Shown here: piece after piece, positions 50,093 to 64,000 of the stretch
Numbering within the stretch: the stretch's first letter is position 1
Layout: every line of letters begins with the position of its first letter
Assembly (NCBI RefSeq): GCF_026571515.1
Contig: NW_026855186.1
Location: 1 to 64,000 of the forward strand
DNA: 64,000 nucleotides
Direction: 5' to 3'
Source: Ruditapes philippinarum
Lineage: Eukaryota
The notes under the pieces: model-generated
Seen by the model: the letters and a program-made list of their open reading frames with translations, nothing else
The model's database searches: none
Told to the model about the DNA's origin: nothing
Translations under genes and position numbers: made by a program

Positions 50093-53000
50093 CTACTTTT
50101 GCATATCACGCAATAATTCACTAAAGAACTTGCAAAGAAATTCAGCATCTGGTCTTTTTTCTGGTTCGTAACTCCATGACGCTTCTATAATGTGAGCTAC
50201 AGCTGGTGGAGACTTACAATTAAGTTTGAGGGATGGTCGCAGTCCCTCCTTTATAGCTTTATCTAGTGGTCCGAACAATTGTTGTTGGATGTAGTCTGCC
50301 GCATCCTTTCCGTACCACATCTCCCATAGCATGATAGAAATACTGTATATATCAGCCTTGTGGTCATAGTTTTGTGACTGTAATTAAATAGACAATTTTT
50401 TGTGTAAAGAATTTGCGATTAAAATAGAAATCGATATTGAACTTAAGATTTTCAGAATCATCAATGACGTAAATTGTAATGGAGAATCAGGGATAAAAGT
50501 ATCAATGTGAGGTGAAGTAAATGGGAAGGCAAAACGTACTTGTAAAAGAACTTCCGGTGCCATGTACACTGGACTTCCTACCATACTGAATGCTATGTCT
50601 TGCCCCTGTTTCGCCAGCCCGACGTCCGTCAATTTTACTTCATCATTTTCCGTGACCTATTTTAATGATAACCAATAATTTTAAAGAATTTTATAGACTG
50701 ATGCAACATAAAAAAAAGCATTAGCTTAAATTTAAACTAATATACTTAACAACATTTATTTTAGTTACATAAGTTAATATATTATATAAAAGATCTGGAG
50801 AAAGGGTAATCCTTCACAAGTATTTATCACAATTAACCAAAGTTTTCTGTAATGGTTATTATAAATTAACCAATAGCTCTTACTTTACGTTGCAATGCAA
50901 TGAGATACGTATTTTTATTAAAAGATCAACATGGAATACGATAGATGATTTATTACCAAAACATTCTCCAATTTCAGGTCTCTGTGAACGAATCCCTTTT
51001 CATGCAGGTATTTCAATCCAGAACAGATTTGCAGCGCAAAATCATACATCTTTATCGCTTCTTTCTGTTGAGCGAGTCCCGGTTGTAGTTTCCCAGGATT
51101 GTTGACGTCCACACCTATAAACTTCTGTTTAAGAGTGCACTTGCAAACTTCCATTATCATAATCCACTGCATATCTTTTTTGCGTTTGGCATCTCTAAAT
51201 CTATAGCAGGCCCCATAATACTTGATGACATTTCGATGTTCTAGCTCTCTACAAATCAAAATTGAAATTAGTTATCAAATTTGTATGGAATATATTTTAC
51301 AAACCTAATGCAAAATGTGTCATAGAATGATCATGAGAAAAATAAGTGTATATTAATACAAGAACTGTTAGGAAGCTGATGATTATATAAAACTTAAATA
51401 TGGTATGCATTCAATTTTATATTCATCTTGAATATATTCAATTTTATTTTCAACTCAGCACGTAGTGATAGGAATAAAACTGAACAAAATAAAATTTTAT
51501 TTGAAATTGAGTAACGATTTTATCTATAGAACATATTTTTCTGTCACTATACATGTACTTTTACTGTACATGTTTTAACCAAAGTCGCTCGACTGAAAAA
51601 ATACCGACAAACCTCATCGTTCTGTCTTCAAGGAGTATATCTGATACAGTGTTCTCTTTCACTGGATCTCTGTTTACTTTCAAAGCAACAGGTAGATTAC
51701 CGCGTCTCGTTGTTTTCATTTCTGCAATGTAAACATCTGCAAAACTCCCACTACCGATAGGCGGATCATTACCATCCCATTTTAAATCTTCCAATTGAAA
51801 ATCGAACACCATCACGTAGTTGACATAGAACAAGTCAAGCTGGCCCAGAAGAGTATGGCTTGTATATAATAGTTTTGGAAATAGGTCTTTCAAATTAGCT
51901 TCAGTATCGTTCATTTCATCTCGCAGCATTTCCATTAATTCTAGATCTGCTTTTAAAAAGTCAGGTATCATTTTCGCCACTGTGTCAATGCCTTTAATAA
52001 ATCTCTTGAAAAAGGCGTGGACTTTAGTAAACAGATGTTTGCTCTGAGTTATATTGTCCAGCACCGCTTTCGTTGCATCTTGCATTTTACAAACGGTTTT
52101 TTGTTGATCTTTTGACTTATAATCAGAAAATATTTTTTTGATAGGTTTGTCCCCCGATTTTAGAGAACATACAGAGGAAATTGCGCCTCCAAGACCTTTA
52201 AAACTTCCAGAATCCTCATCAATACTGGCTTCCTTTGCCTTTCTCCAAATTTTATTCGGAGGTGCCTGCTTTTTGATTGATTTGTGAAGATCTTGCACTG
52301 TTTTCATATCTCCATCCAGAAGTGCACCTACAATAAACCATAACAAAACATTCTGAAAAGAACAAATATATTTTGTCACGATATCTTTCAATACATTGTA
52401 GACAAAACTTGAAGAATATTGGCAGCAAAGCACTCGTTATTGTTTCCTATCTAATTTGAAACTATTAAATTCCCGGTTTGATATGCTCTTGATAATTAAC
52501 CTTTGTAGACGGAAGCCGATGGAATCAGAGACATTATTTTCGTATAAGGGATCCTTGTAATTTGGACCCTCAGCATACATACTGAGGTATTTAATCACAC
52601 CTAATGTATCCTCTCCTGAATCGATTGCAGTATCTCCATAGAATAGAGGAGTTAAAAGTTAAAATCACTATGTATGAGGAGAGTGATAAAATCTTAAAGC
52701 TAATTCAAACTTCATAATTATTAACCACATTAACATAATTATGATGTATTTAAGAAAGATCCTTTACCTTCTAACTTAGCTATCTGATTTTCCATGAGTT
52801 CAAAGTCCCGTTTACAAACCCTTATAATTTTATCCTTGATGCCACCAACTACTTTATTTTCTCTCTCCCAGAAGTTCATTTCTAATGCTATTTTGTTTGC
52901 AATAGCATCCAATGCGTCTGCTGCAACCTAAAACAAATTCATTTTGGATAAAAATGATTATTCATAATATGTTAAAATATAAAATTAAATGAAAACAGAC

Positions 53001-56000
53001 ATTTTAGGAATGAAAAAATTTCTTGTGTTGGAAAAAATAATAAAAAAATAGCTTAGGAACATTCATTAAGATTTCATTTGAAAAAGGAAATATTTTCTTT
53101 AACAATGGCAGTCTATGTTGTCAAACTCTTAAATATAAATGGTTAGAGAATTGTCAAGATCTTGGATAGAAAGTGTATACCCTCTTCCCATCCCTTGGGC
53201 ATTCACTTGGTTTCCAGTTGAACAATCGCTCCGCCAACTCTCGTGATTGCAAGGCGTCAATTACTGTTTTTGATACCATTTCCGACTCGTGCGTAATAGT
53301 GCCCTTGAGGTAAGATATGCTTTCTTTTGATTTTGATTCTAACGCAGAGATTTGCTGCTTTATCTATGGAATAAGCACTTTTATTAGACATATATCTCTA
53401 CATAAATATTATTACTTTTTACAAACAAACCACTTAATGTACCTCAGTTATATCTTAAGACAAACCAATACATAAATTGTTAAATAACTATCATCTAACG
53501 GAAAGGACAGAAAGGTTATAGTCTTATAAATTTTATAAGGAATTTTCAATTAACACACAACCAATACAACAAGTAATTAACCTGTTGAAGTTCTTCTTTG
53601 ACCTTTTCCATTGATTTTGCAGCCATAACTTTTGAAACTTTCAGGGAGTAGATTGTTCGTTTAAGCACAGCTGTTAGCCACCTGAAAATATTTGTTCAAT
53701 TATCAAATATGGGATGTAACAATTTTACTAGGTTTTAAATAAACGATGTTTCATTTTTTAGTTTTACACATACAAATGAACATAAAAACACTTCAGCACT
53801 AGCTAGGAATTGGGTAAAAAAACGTAAGAAGCGATCCATAATGTATTTTCTTTTTGCAATAGTTCTCGTACCAATTATGTTTCCGAATAAGGAATAAAAC
53901 CGCAGAAACATACGAGTGTTTTGTCTCACAGAGCAACATAAATATTTGCAAACTAACTGGGACAGATGCAATCAAACCGAGTCTGCAATTCTCTTGTAAT
54001 TTTGTTGGGATTGATGCTTCCGAGGGATCACTTTGTTTCCAGATTTTTAGATTTTCAATCCATGACCCTAAGGAATAAGTTTTTACAATAGTGAGCATTC
54101 CATTCTAAACCATGCTTCTAACAATAGTTAACTTGAACTATTGAAACTTGTCAAGTATTGTTTTGAACTACGTATGCCATTAATAAAAACTAATAGAATA
54201 ATTTTCTCCCAATGACATGACGGTTAAATTTTAAAGCAAGATTTTACCTATAATGAGTATTTAATCTAGATCTTAGACTATCTGGCAATAATTGCTCCAC
54301 AAGGTCCATAAGCTGTATATATTCCTTTGTCATAGTTCCATATCCCAACCCTCTCTTTGCCTAAAATAAATAGATTGATCAGTTATGATTCTTTCTACTT
54401 CTGACTTTAATCTTCAAACCGACACATTTAGGGTTTATACGATTTGCACAAGGTTAATCTCAAACATTTTTTTCCGTACAAATGCTTTCAAATTACACCA
54501 CTCCTCCAATGAAAAGAAAATAATCACCAGAAGAAATGTCAAGATGAAATGATATTTTAGAACTATGAATAAATGAATTTATTAGAAATATACAAATGGA
54601 TCGAGCTACCGATATTCAGTCTTTAACAGAATAACAGAATATTTACTCTTATCTCAGTAGATAAAGTGTTATAAAGCGATCAAATAAGCATTAATGGTGG
54701 TATAGCTTTTCAATTGTACGGACAAAGCAAGACTTTTTTCAATTTTGACAAATTTTCTTGATAATAATTGAATGAACTCCTGGAATGTACCTAACTGTAC
54801 CGAGAATGTAAACAAAACCGGGTGGGTACATGAGTAAAACCATCAATGTCCGAATATTAGTTAGTTATAAGCAGCTTCCCCAGATAGAATATTTAACGTC
54901 CTTTGTGTATAAAGTCCCTTATGAGACAGAGATGGCTGGTAGGTATTCATTTTAAAAGAAATATATACTACCTCTAACATTGACATGTAATGAACTTGAG
55001 AACGTTTCAGATCAGTATAAAAACGTGACAATTTTTCACAAGTATCACGTTTGACAGCTTCTTTGTCTTTGTCAGGTACCATATCCCATCTGTTACACAC
55101 AAACATTGTCGACTCAGCATTGTATCCCTCTTCACCTGCGCTGTTTGTTACCAATCGCATGAAATTTTGGAGCTGTGATGAAAGAGAGTTTCAAAGATGA
55201 GTTTATATTATTCGAACAAAATGTCTAAATTTACATGATCGAATTAGTCACGTGTACTCGGAGGAAACTACATCTAAGAAAAAGTCAAAATAATATCTAT
55301 GATACTTTGAACGAATTACGTACATTTTTAACGTATATCTTTTATTAAGGTTTCTTCTTTCCTCATATCTTTAGCATCATAGGTTTAAAATAAACTTGAA
55401 ACTCTAGAGGCTTTGGTACCACTTAAGTCGATAATATAGGTTTTGGATTGTGGGATAATAATCAATTCATTTTATGGTCATAATCGACAAAAACGTGTAT
55501 GATTTTTTCTTGTATTAGACCAGCTATCCAATATCGAACACATTAATTTCTTTTGCATAATGATATTTTTTATAACATACCCTTCCTTTTTGGACCCCTC
55601 CAGCGTTGGCACTGTTAATGACATAGATAAAGCCGTACGACTTGGACAAGTATTTCTCGGCATATTTGGCCATGTTTCCGCCGCCACCTATTCCAGGGGT
55701 GTCCACAATTACTATCCCTTCCTTTATTGAAATAAATCATTACCAAGTTTAGGTATTCACATTATAAACAACTATTATACATGTATATACATATTCTCTC
55801 TCATATTTACTTAACAAAATAACTTTGTTATTTTTGTTATAGTTATATTTAATTAACCAAATAACAATGTTATTTTGATATGTTTCTTCAATCAGCAGAA
55901 TCATAGTTCTATGTTAAACAGTAAAACTGATGAAATTGTAGTCTCATACTTTTGTCTGCTTTTGCTGTTTGTGCTGTTGCTTTGAGTGGTTCAAGTATAG

Positions 56001-59000
56001 AACTAATGAAGATGATGAATAGTATAAAACGTGGTTCGTCTAAATATGAAAGCTAGTACATTTCTAAATCGCTTTAGGTATTATTGTGTATTCAATTTTT
56101 TTATGCTAGTTTTTTTTTAATGTTTGATTAAGTTTGCTTTTCACTTGATTCTGTTTCTACGTCAAACCATCAGATAATATCGCTACATATAGCTTTAAAG
56201 CTTGAAATAAACAAACTTTAAATAAAAAAAACAGTGAAACATTTTCAATGAAAGTCTGTCTACATAATTTCTATCTGTCTCAGTTTTTTTTTGTTTTGTT
56301 TTTTTGTTTACACTGAAAATTAAAACATTCGTTATTTCCTGGAGGTATATATCGCTCTGTACATTACTTAAAGCTGAATTTCTCTTGGTTTATGCATAAC
56401 AATATTAAAATGAACAATTAAAAATTGTACATTTTAGTAAAACATGTTTAGAGTATCTCAAAGTACTATAGCTTCTATTGATTTAATTCTATTTTTGTAT
56501 TTTTGAAACATACCTCAAGCATTTGAAATGGCCAGGTTACTTCAAATCTCTCAAATGGTGAGTCGCCATCATCGTCACTCTGAGAAAGAGCGGTTTGGAA
56601 CTTAAGTAGACCAGACTCTGATCTCAAGTCAAACATAACTGGAGATGGCTTCTTGCCTTTCCTATTGTCCTCTGATATTGCCGATCTGCAAATATTTTCA
56701 GTAAGAAAAACAACTATTTTATTTTCTTTAGGTGAGCATTAGACGTTAACAAGGAAAAAAAAACGATTTAGATATCTAACAATGGGAAACCATAGGATCC
56801 GACTTGTCACGAAGACGAGCGTCTGACTCTTAGTCATCAAGATGAACTATTCGATCGTGGAGGTCTGCAATGATTGTGTCGCAAAAATAAAGTTGTGATA
56901 TATTGATGATTCGAACAAGTTTCCTCATATGGCAATAATACTGGTTAGTTCTAGGAAGCGGACTCGATTAGTATATGTTGCAAGTATTTGTTTCTGAATC
57001 GAGCAAAAAATAAAAAAAAGTTAAGCAGTCATATTATTGTAACAATAGTATTATTATAGTAATATTATACAGTCATATCACTTTTATACGGCATAGATGT
57101 CATTATTCTAACAGCCAAATATAGTCAATAGCTGCATCTGTGTAGTCCTACTACTATCGTATTGCATATGTATAGCTCAAGTCATAATGGATGGTGGCTT
57201 ATATTTTAACAGTATGTTCGCCCACAAAGTAAAACTATCCGTAGTTTGTCATGAAATAACTAATTATGTCTACTTTTTCTCAAATTGTTTATCATTTAAG
57301 TGAAAGATTGTTACACCATACCTATAATAGCCTATTGCTTCTTTCCGTCCATCCTTATTTGTTCTTATTTCACATATTGTAGTTGTACAGCCGAGTTGAC
57401 TGGTTGGCAACAGGTCGATGCCACCTAGCAACAGGTTGATAAGACTACTCTTCCCTGATGCTGTCTCCCCTATAGAAATAACAATGGGCTTAACTTTAGT
57501 TTGACTATACTGTCAAATTAGATAAGTAATAATAAATAAATCAAGTGCAGTGTTGCATATGTAAACAAATTGTATTTGCTTTCTTGCCATTCGAGATCAT
57601 TGATTTTCGTGCATTTAGTATTCAATATTGAATACCGCTTAAGCCAGTGCTAGTTGGGCATGAGATGGTGCATCTTTTCATTATATCTCATCTTACAAAC
57701 AGACTCAATGGACCAAATATTTGTTCCTGGTTTCATTGCTTCCGGTGTTGATCTTCCATTTTTGAAATTAAAAATATTTAGTCAGATTAATTTCAGACAA
57801 ATTAATATATCATTGTTTGATATTTATATAACAAGTACAGATGCTTGACACAAGAACAATTATTATAACAATTTAACATATCTTATTGACAAACAGAAAG
57901 CAACAAGAAGAAACAGAAAAGAAATAAACGTTACCAACAACAAGAATGGTACACTCGCTTCTCTTAATCTCGTTTTTCCTTGCCTCAAATTCATTTTCTA
58001 TTCCTGGATAATAGAAAAAGCACGTGCACGTTTATAAATGAATTGTTTAATAAGTACACGATTATACCTTATTTTTTATTCAAATTAATTTATTTAATCT
58101 ACTTTCAATAAGTGTTATCTAGAACTCGGAAATGTGGGAAGCTTTTTCGGTACAAAGTTTACCGATATAGCTTCACACAGCACTACCGCGTACAATAAGT
58201 ACAATAAGTAAGACAATTAAGTCATAGTGTTGCACTTATTTCCGAAACTGTAACTGTTGAAGTTTGTTTGTACCCTCGGATTAACTGGGGAAAGCCAAAA
58301 ATATTCTTAATTCCGGAGTAAGTCTATTATAGCATTCGTCAATTCCTACACACTCAAAACATGTCAAAATAAGTATAACTTTAAAGGATTACTACATATC
58401 AACCAGGATACTTTCTTCAAATGGCTAAGTTATGGACCGGACGCGAAATTGTGACGAACGGTGGCCATTTCTATAATCCACCATTTTCTTCAAAAATAAT
58501 TGGGGAAAAATAAAAGTATGAAAAAGATCAGAACTCAACCTGGAAAAACTTGGTTCAAATCCTTCTTGTATTTAGGCGGCAGTTCACCGAACAGCTTTTG
58601 TGCTGCATCATATTTGACGATCAGTTTCTGCTTGTTAACATTGTCATCTTCTATAGCCTTCTTTAATCCCTTTGCTGGCTCTTTCTGCAAGTCAAATAAA
58701 ACCATTAAATAGATGAAATGGTAACCTTTGATAACGGGAAGGCAAACTAAGCCTTATGATGCTGAACGTCAAGGACGCCGTAAAATTGAAAAAAAAATAT
58801 TTTTAAGGCACGTTTGTAACATCGCTTTTCATTGGATAATCACGACATTAATATGAACTCTATAGGCGGCTGCTATCTGCTTATGAAGTAATTTCATTTT
58901 ATATATCAGTAGTATAAATTTGTTATAAAGATGCTTGACTGGCTATGTGGACGTATATAAACGGTTATTTGGAATATAATCCTCGCCTGAAGTAATATAA

Positions 59001-62000
59001 AAGCCCATATATTATAACTGACATTATACATATGGTTTGATAAAGACTGTTCATGGACTGTAAAGATAATGTAAGCTACCGCCCACCGGATTTAGCAATA
59101 TTCATCATTTAAAAAAAATGGGGAAATTATGAACCTATTTACATCCATAGATGTGTTCATAATTCTTTTTTAAATTGTTATGATGGGAACAGTTATAGCT
59201 ATAAAAGTTACAGTTAGTGTTTTATTCAGAAGATAAGGATCAATATATTCATTCAAGACAGTACTGACGTGCAAGTGTTCTATTATAAGTTCTTCCCTAT
59301 GTATTCATATATTTGATTAAGTGATTTCTGTGTTATGAAAGGTTAAATGGGACAAGGCATATTTGATGGTGCTGGTAGATTTCATTCCAGATCATGGCAG
59401 TAAGCCACACTGAAATTACCAGAGCGCAGTTCAGTCACGGCATAATTCCTGGGCAGGCTGTTAAGCAGTTTATAAGTACTATTTTGCAAGGAACTGATAA
59501 CCGTTGTACATGCCATAGCAAAAATTTACCGTCCGAATGACGGTAGAAGAGATTTCATTATCAATCACAACCAAAGTGACCAGCACCGTCCGGGAATCGA
59601 ACCCGGGTCGCCAGATCCACAGTCGAACGCTCTAGCTATTGATCAAGACCAGGCATACCAGTAGTTTATGTTTTATATACAAATGTTTACAATAAGGTAG
59701 CTTTTCTCACTTTCTTACACGGTACAAGGCACTCGTATTTAATTGCAAAAAATGGAGAATACAAGATAGACACTTCATGAAGTACATTTAAAGAATTTCC
59801 ATTAACTCATTATTTTCTGAATATTATATGAAACTGAAATATTTGGAAATTTCATTTAGAATACATATGCCTAAAATCCGGCTCATTAAGCCTAATTGCG
59901 TAAGCTCTTGGTTGCACAGTGACATTAAAGTGGGTTTGTTGAAAGATAAAAGACCCCCCCCCCTCCATATACCACTACCACCATCTCCCAACAAAAAAAC
60001 AAACAAAAAAACAAAAACAAAAAACCACAAGAAACGCACAAATTGCATGATCACTTATAAAGTTATAGCATTCATATCTTTAAAGCAGTCTACCAAAAAA
60101 GAAACACGCCTTAAAGTATAATAATTACACATTTAATAGACGTTTTGGCAATTAAATGGCAAATCAGTGAGATAATTTGATTTACATAAAAGTCATGGTT
60201 TGAAGCCCAATAATACTTCCGACTTGTTTGAATTAAGCTTAAGTTATTTACTTCACAAGTTTTACCTTATGTCAATACATAACTCTATTTGCAAAATATG
60301 CATATTGTTATAAGCACTTTAGCAAAGTTATTATGTTTACCGCGTTTACCTCTAAAGATTTTATGGAAGTCTTAAAATACTGTAAAACACTTATTATTCG
60401 CGAGAAATTTATTTTCGCTAATATTCGCGAGTTTTCTAAGACGCGAATTCATATCTCTCGCGAATATTTCACTTTGTCTATACACTTGTCCGAAAATGAA
60501 CACTATCCGAAAATACGTACACATGGATATACATCTACGGGAAAGTATCGAAACCAGTTCTAGTTACATCATGTAGCTATTCAAGTGTTGCAGCATATAC
60601 ATACCGTACAGATTACTAGTATGAAATATATACCTGTAACAATTTGGTATTATTGAGGAATTGGAAAAAAAACTTTTTCGCTACATATTACCTGTGTCAA
60701 GGAAGGTAACTGTGACTTGCACTAGAATTAAGTATAAACAAATTAATGCGTCTCACAAAATTTAATGGTATTTCTACAAATTGTTCTAATTGGTACAAAT
60801 ACTTTAGCACCTGCGAGTTGTTTGTATCATTTCTATTTATTGTATCCTATTGTATTGTACTACAGTTTTTAACACAGTGAACACATATCAAATAATTATC
60901 AAACTTTATTGACATATTTTTAGACAGACGGTTTCACTTAACAAGAAGATTAGCAAGCTATCAGAAAAAATCGATACAGATATAAATGCATTCGTTGCAC
61001 AATAAACGACGCAAAGTTAGTGAACGGAAAGGACAGAAAATATCTGAATGACATCGGGTTTCCGGTTTCACATTTTTCGGGAAGACGCGAATTCATGTTG
61101 ACGCGAAATAATTATTTTGGACATTTTGCCTCAAATTCGCGAAATAAGGTTCTCGCGAAAAATAAGTGTTTTACAGTATGCGTAATGTCTTCTGATCATG
61201 TACTGAAGAAAATGGTTTTGTCAAGGGGAAATATGAAACTGAAACCAAAGACAGACAGAAAGATACAAACAAATGAGTTAACAGTGTTTATATCTCGATT
61301 TCGCAATATGTCGACTTATCTTAAAGTTAAAAGAATGCGTATAAATTTTATTTGCATAAATGATTATGAAATAATATCTATATGAATTTCAGAGTTTTAA
61401 AGTAAGGCACGGTTAAAGGCCGATAGGCCTAGAGTTTTTAACACAAAGCGTTTGCACAAAAAACATTGTCCGCCAAAAGATGACTAAAGAATCTACATAT
61501 GTAATTAACAACAGAGCAAGTTACCACTGCATTTCCTGTTTCTTATAGTCTGAAATAGTTGTATATAGTCTAAGATGGTCCCAAATCATTATCCTTTAAT
61601 CTGCTGGAACCAAAAGTAATTACCCTTTGTCACCTTATGGTTGTAGGCTATACAGCAATTTTTTAATCTTTAACTCATAACTAAGGCATTTGATGACAGA
61701 ATTCACACTCACCAATGAAAATCCTAAGATCCGAGACAGAGCTCAGAACATCAAGCCCAACTTTCACATTCGTGAAGTTTGACCGGGCTCTGTTCTGTTG
61801 GGCCGTGTTGGTAGACTATATATGATGATAAATAAAACTTACATAGTGTATTTAGTGGCCGAGTGGTTAAGGTCGTTGACTTCGAACCACTTGCCCCTCA
61901 CCGCTGTGGGTTCGAATCCCGACAGGGACTTTGGATTCTTTCATGTGAGGAAGCTATCCAGCTAGCTTACGGAACGTCGGTGGTTCTACTCAGGTGCCCG

Positions 62001-63162
62001 TTCGTGCCTGAAATAATGCACGGAAGGGCACCTGAGGTCTTCCTCCACCAGTAAAGCTGGAACGTCGCGATATGACCTATACTGTGTCGATGTGACGTAA
62101 AACCCCCCAAAAAAACAAAAAAAACATAGTGTATTTAAGATATTCAGCAGTCCAAGAGTTAAAATACCTACCTGTTTGATTTCTGATATAGACACGCCCT
62201 TGTCAAGCTCTTGTATGATGATCCTGATGGCGTCATCTTTATTTTTGATACCAAGCCCCTTGGCGTTAACTCCCAGAAGCTTAAACACTTCCATGGCCGT
62301 TTTAACATCCGGTATCTACAATATAATTTAATGAAACATCAAAAGATACAATTGCACATAGAAAATACTTGTATAATCTGTTTATGAGAAATGGTGAAAC
62401 CTACACATATTACGTTATTTTTTTGTTTTTTCTTTCTTATTGTACTGAAAAAGCATTTCAAATATAAAGGCCATTGTTATCCGGATTGCAAGACCTGGAT
62501 TTAATATTTATGTATAAAATGCTAATGGCTTAAGGCTAGTATTTCATTTTCATCGACAAATGTATTTATATGAATATTTTAAGGATTCAAGTTTCTGTAA
62601 ATATTTGACCTGGATTTAAGAAATTTGTACACATACATTGTATTACAGTACTATAAAACTATGTGGTTGACTAGAAGCGAACTAAATGCATTAAAAATGG
62701 TAAGAAAACTTCAGTTTTTTTACTCTGTTTCTTTCAGCATCATGCATTTTAGAGTGTTGATGAATTCGGGAAATATGTTCAATTACTTTACTTTAAAATG
62801 GGACTGGCAATGCGTGAAAGGACTGTAAATTGCCGCATGAATAAAATACAATGTATATTTACTTTAAAACAACCTACTCAATTCATTTACAATAAACATT
62901 TTAACTTAAAGCATAAATGTTTACAAATGATCCATTTAACACATGTTGCGCGTTCCATCATTTATCAAAGCTTGAACTATTATGTTTAATGCACATCCCG
63001 ACAAGGAAGATGGGTTTTATGTATCATATTACTGTTTTAATACGTGTACAAAATATAAATGTCCCCTTATGTGATTTTTTTTGTAGAAATATTTTTAAAA
63101 TCACTCACCTGTAATGCATTCTGCTTACTCTGAACGTAAAATTTGGTGTCTTGTGGCGCCAT
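50093..63162 (-). CDS. Dynamin-like (mitofusin/BDLP-type) GTPase fused to a C-terminal protein kinase (DSTYK-like architecture), ~1012 aa
   Basis: 16 phase-consistent GT-AG exons: 63162-63109, 62315-62172, 58684-58540, 58003-57935, 57469-57322, 56685-56514, 55721-55581, 55172-54972, 54360-54248, 53681-53582, 53363-53181, 52927-52768, 52327-51613, 51248-50957, 50656-50540, 50377-50093 (3039 nt). GTPase: GETASGKSSLIN, LPTSQLGCTT, VDTPG, CNRWD. Kinase: GSGSFADV, VALK, HRDLKLEN, DVG, YMAPE, KADIYS. The first two exons are less certain. Confidence 0.9.
59440..59650 (-). mobile_element. Diverged tRNA-derived SINE of a second family (V-domain-like)
   Basis: Minus strand has a tRNA-like head (TAGCTAGAGCGTTCGACTGTGGATC..GGGTTCGATTCCCGG) followed by GATTGATAATGAAATCTCTTCTACCGTCATTC. 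Confidence 0.6.
60380..61176. mobile_element. TA-targeting non-autonomous DNA transposon (MITE)
   Basis: TIRs CTGTAAAACACTTATT(A/T)TTCGCGAGAA at both ends, TA on both flanks, repeated TTCGCGA subterminal motifs. Confidence 0.88.
61855..62123 (+). mobile_element. tRNA-derived SINE (Meta/MESC-core-like), young insertion
   Basis: A-box TGGCCGAGTGG, B-box GGTTCGAATCC, A-rich tail, perfect 14-bp TSD ACATAGTGTATTTA (61841-61854, 62124-62137); lies in intron 2 of the GTPase-kinase gene. Confidence 0.93.
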
Positions 63163-64000
63163 TGTCTCTATCTTCACCACATTATGCGCATTAGACTAAA
63201 CCTACAATCCTGCAAACACACATTCAATATTTACCTTGTATATCTATAATATAACGAAGTTAAGTCACTGTGTTATATATATTTACACTCGGGTAGAGAA
63301 TTTACTAAAGCGAAACACCGCCTTGTTAACGCATCCGGGCAATCCAAAAAATACCCGTTAAATATTTTTGCTATATCATAATAATTGTTTAGAACAAATG
63401 CAACTGTGATAATCTCGCGGTGTAAATAGTAAGATTAAGTATGAAGAAAGGGTTAATAGAATGGGTTACCTGTCTCGCAGCTACTTTCGCTTTTGTATAT
63501 TCTTATAATGATGACTGTGCCGATATTTCACAATCTACAACTTAAGACTTGTTTAATAAATAAACATTGAATTGAATACTTAAACATTAGTCCAATGCAT
63601 TAAATGAAACATAAAAGAACGTAAAAAAGCGGTTTAAGATACGTTTTTATTGATTTTCAAAGTGTACGCTTCTCTATTTTGAATAAGACTGCAGTCTGGA
63701 ACAATGGAGCACAATAATCATATGACACCCGAGTACATAGCGATTAAACCATTGTTGAAAGCAGAATAATAATATTTTAACGAATAAATGCTCACAAATT
63801 AATCACGTGTCTTCTGAGAAATTATTATTGTTATAAAAGTATAGAGTAGGAGGCATTTACATTAAATGTAAGGTTTTTCCTTATATCTACACGTGAAGAC
63901 AATGTAATAACGATCGCTTTAAACTATTTGTAATGTTTTACATCTGGTACAGTACACTTTAAATAGTTTGTTATATAAGTACACCGGAACCGATAAAATT

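Noticed and set aside
61855-61930. Functional tRNA gene
   Set aside because: No proper acceptor stem; continues into a SINE core and tail with a 14-bp TSD.

Overview
AT-rich, intron-containing animal genomic DNA, most likely a bivalve mollusc (inferred from the SINE/MITE families and gene families). Genes, reconstructed by hand from GT-AG junctions: (1) two tandem CLCA-like genes on +, one 5'-truncated by the window (370-8745) and one complete (11255-24381, 13 exons, ~878 aa), both lacking the zinc-protease and MIDAS catalytic residues; (2) a frameshifted B-box/coiled-coil/beta-propeller (TRIM-like) pseudogene on -; (3) two paralogous orphan class-A GPCRs with uninterrupted CDSs; (4) a 16-coding-exon, ~1012 aa dynamin-like GTPase-protein kinase fusion on -. 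Introns and intergenic DNA hold tRNA-derived SINEs, several MITEs, a Helentron-like element with an internal satellite, and two decayed Penelope-like retroelement copies. The strongest candidates for a new system are the 3' region of the Penelope-like element (stop codon, SECIS-like hairpin, then a type-P5 twister-like ribozyme with compensatory base changes between copies), a 292-bp structured element that inserted twice into it, and the conserved CLCA pseudo-protease pair. All structures were derived by eye and need computational and experimental confirmation.
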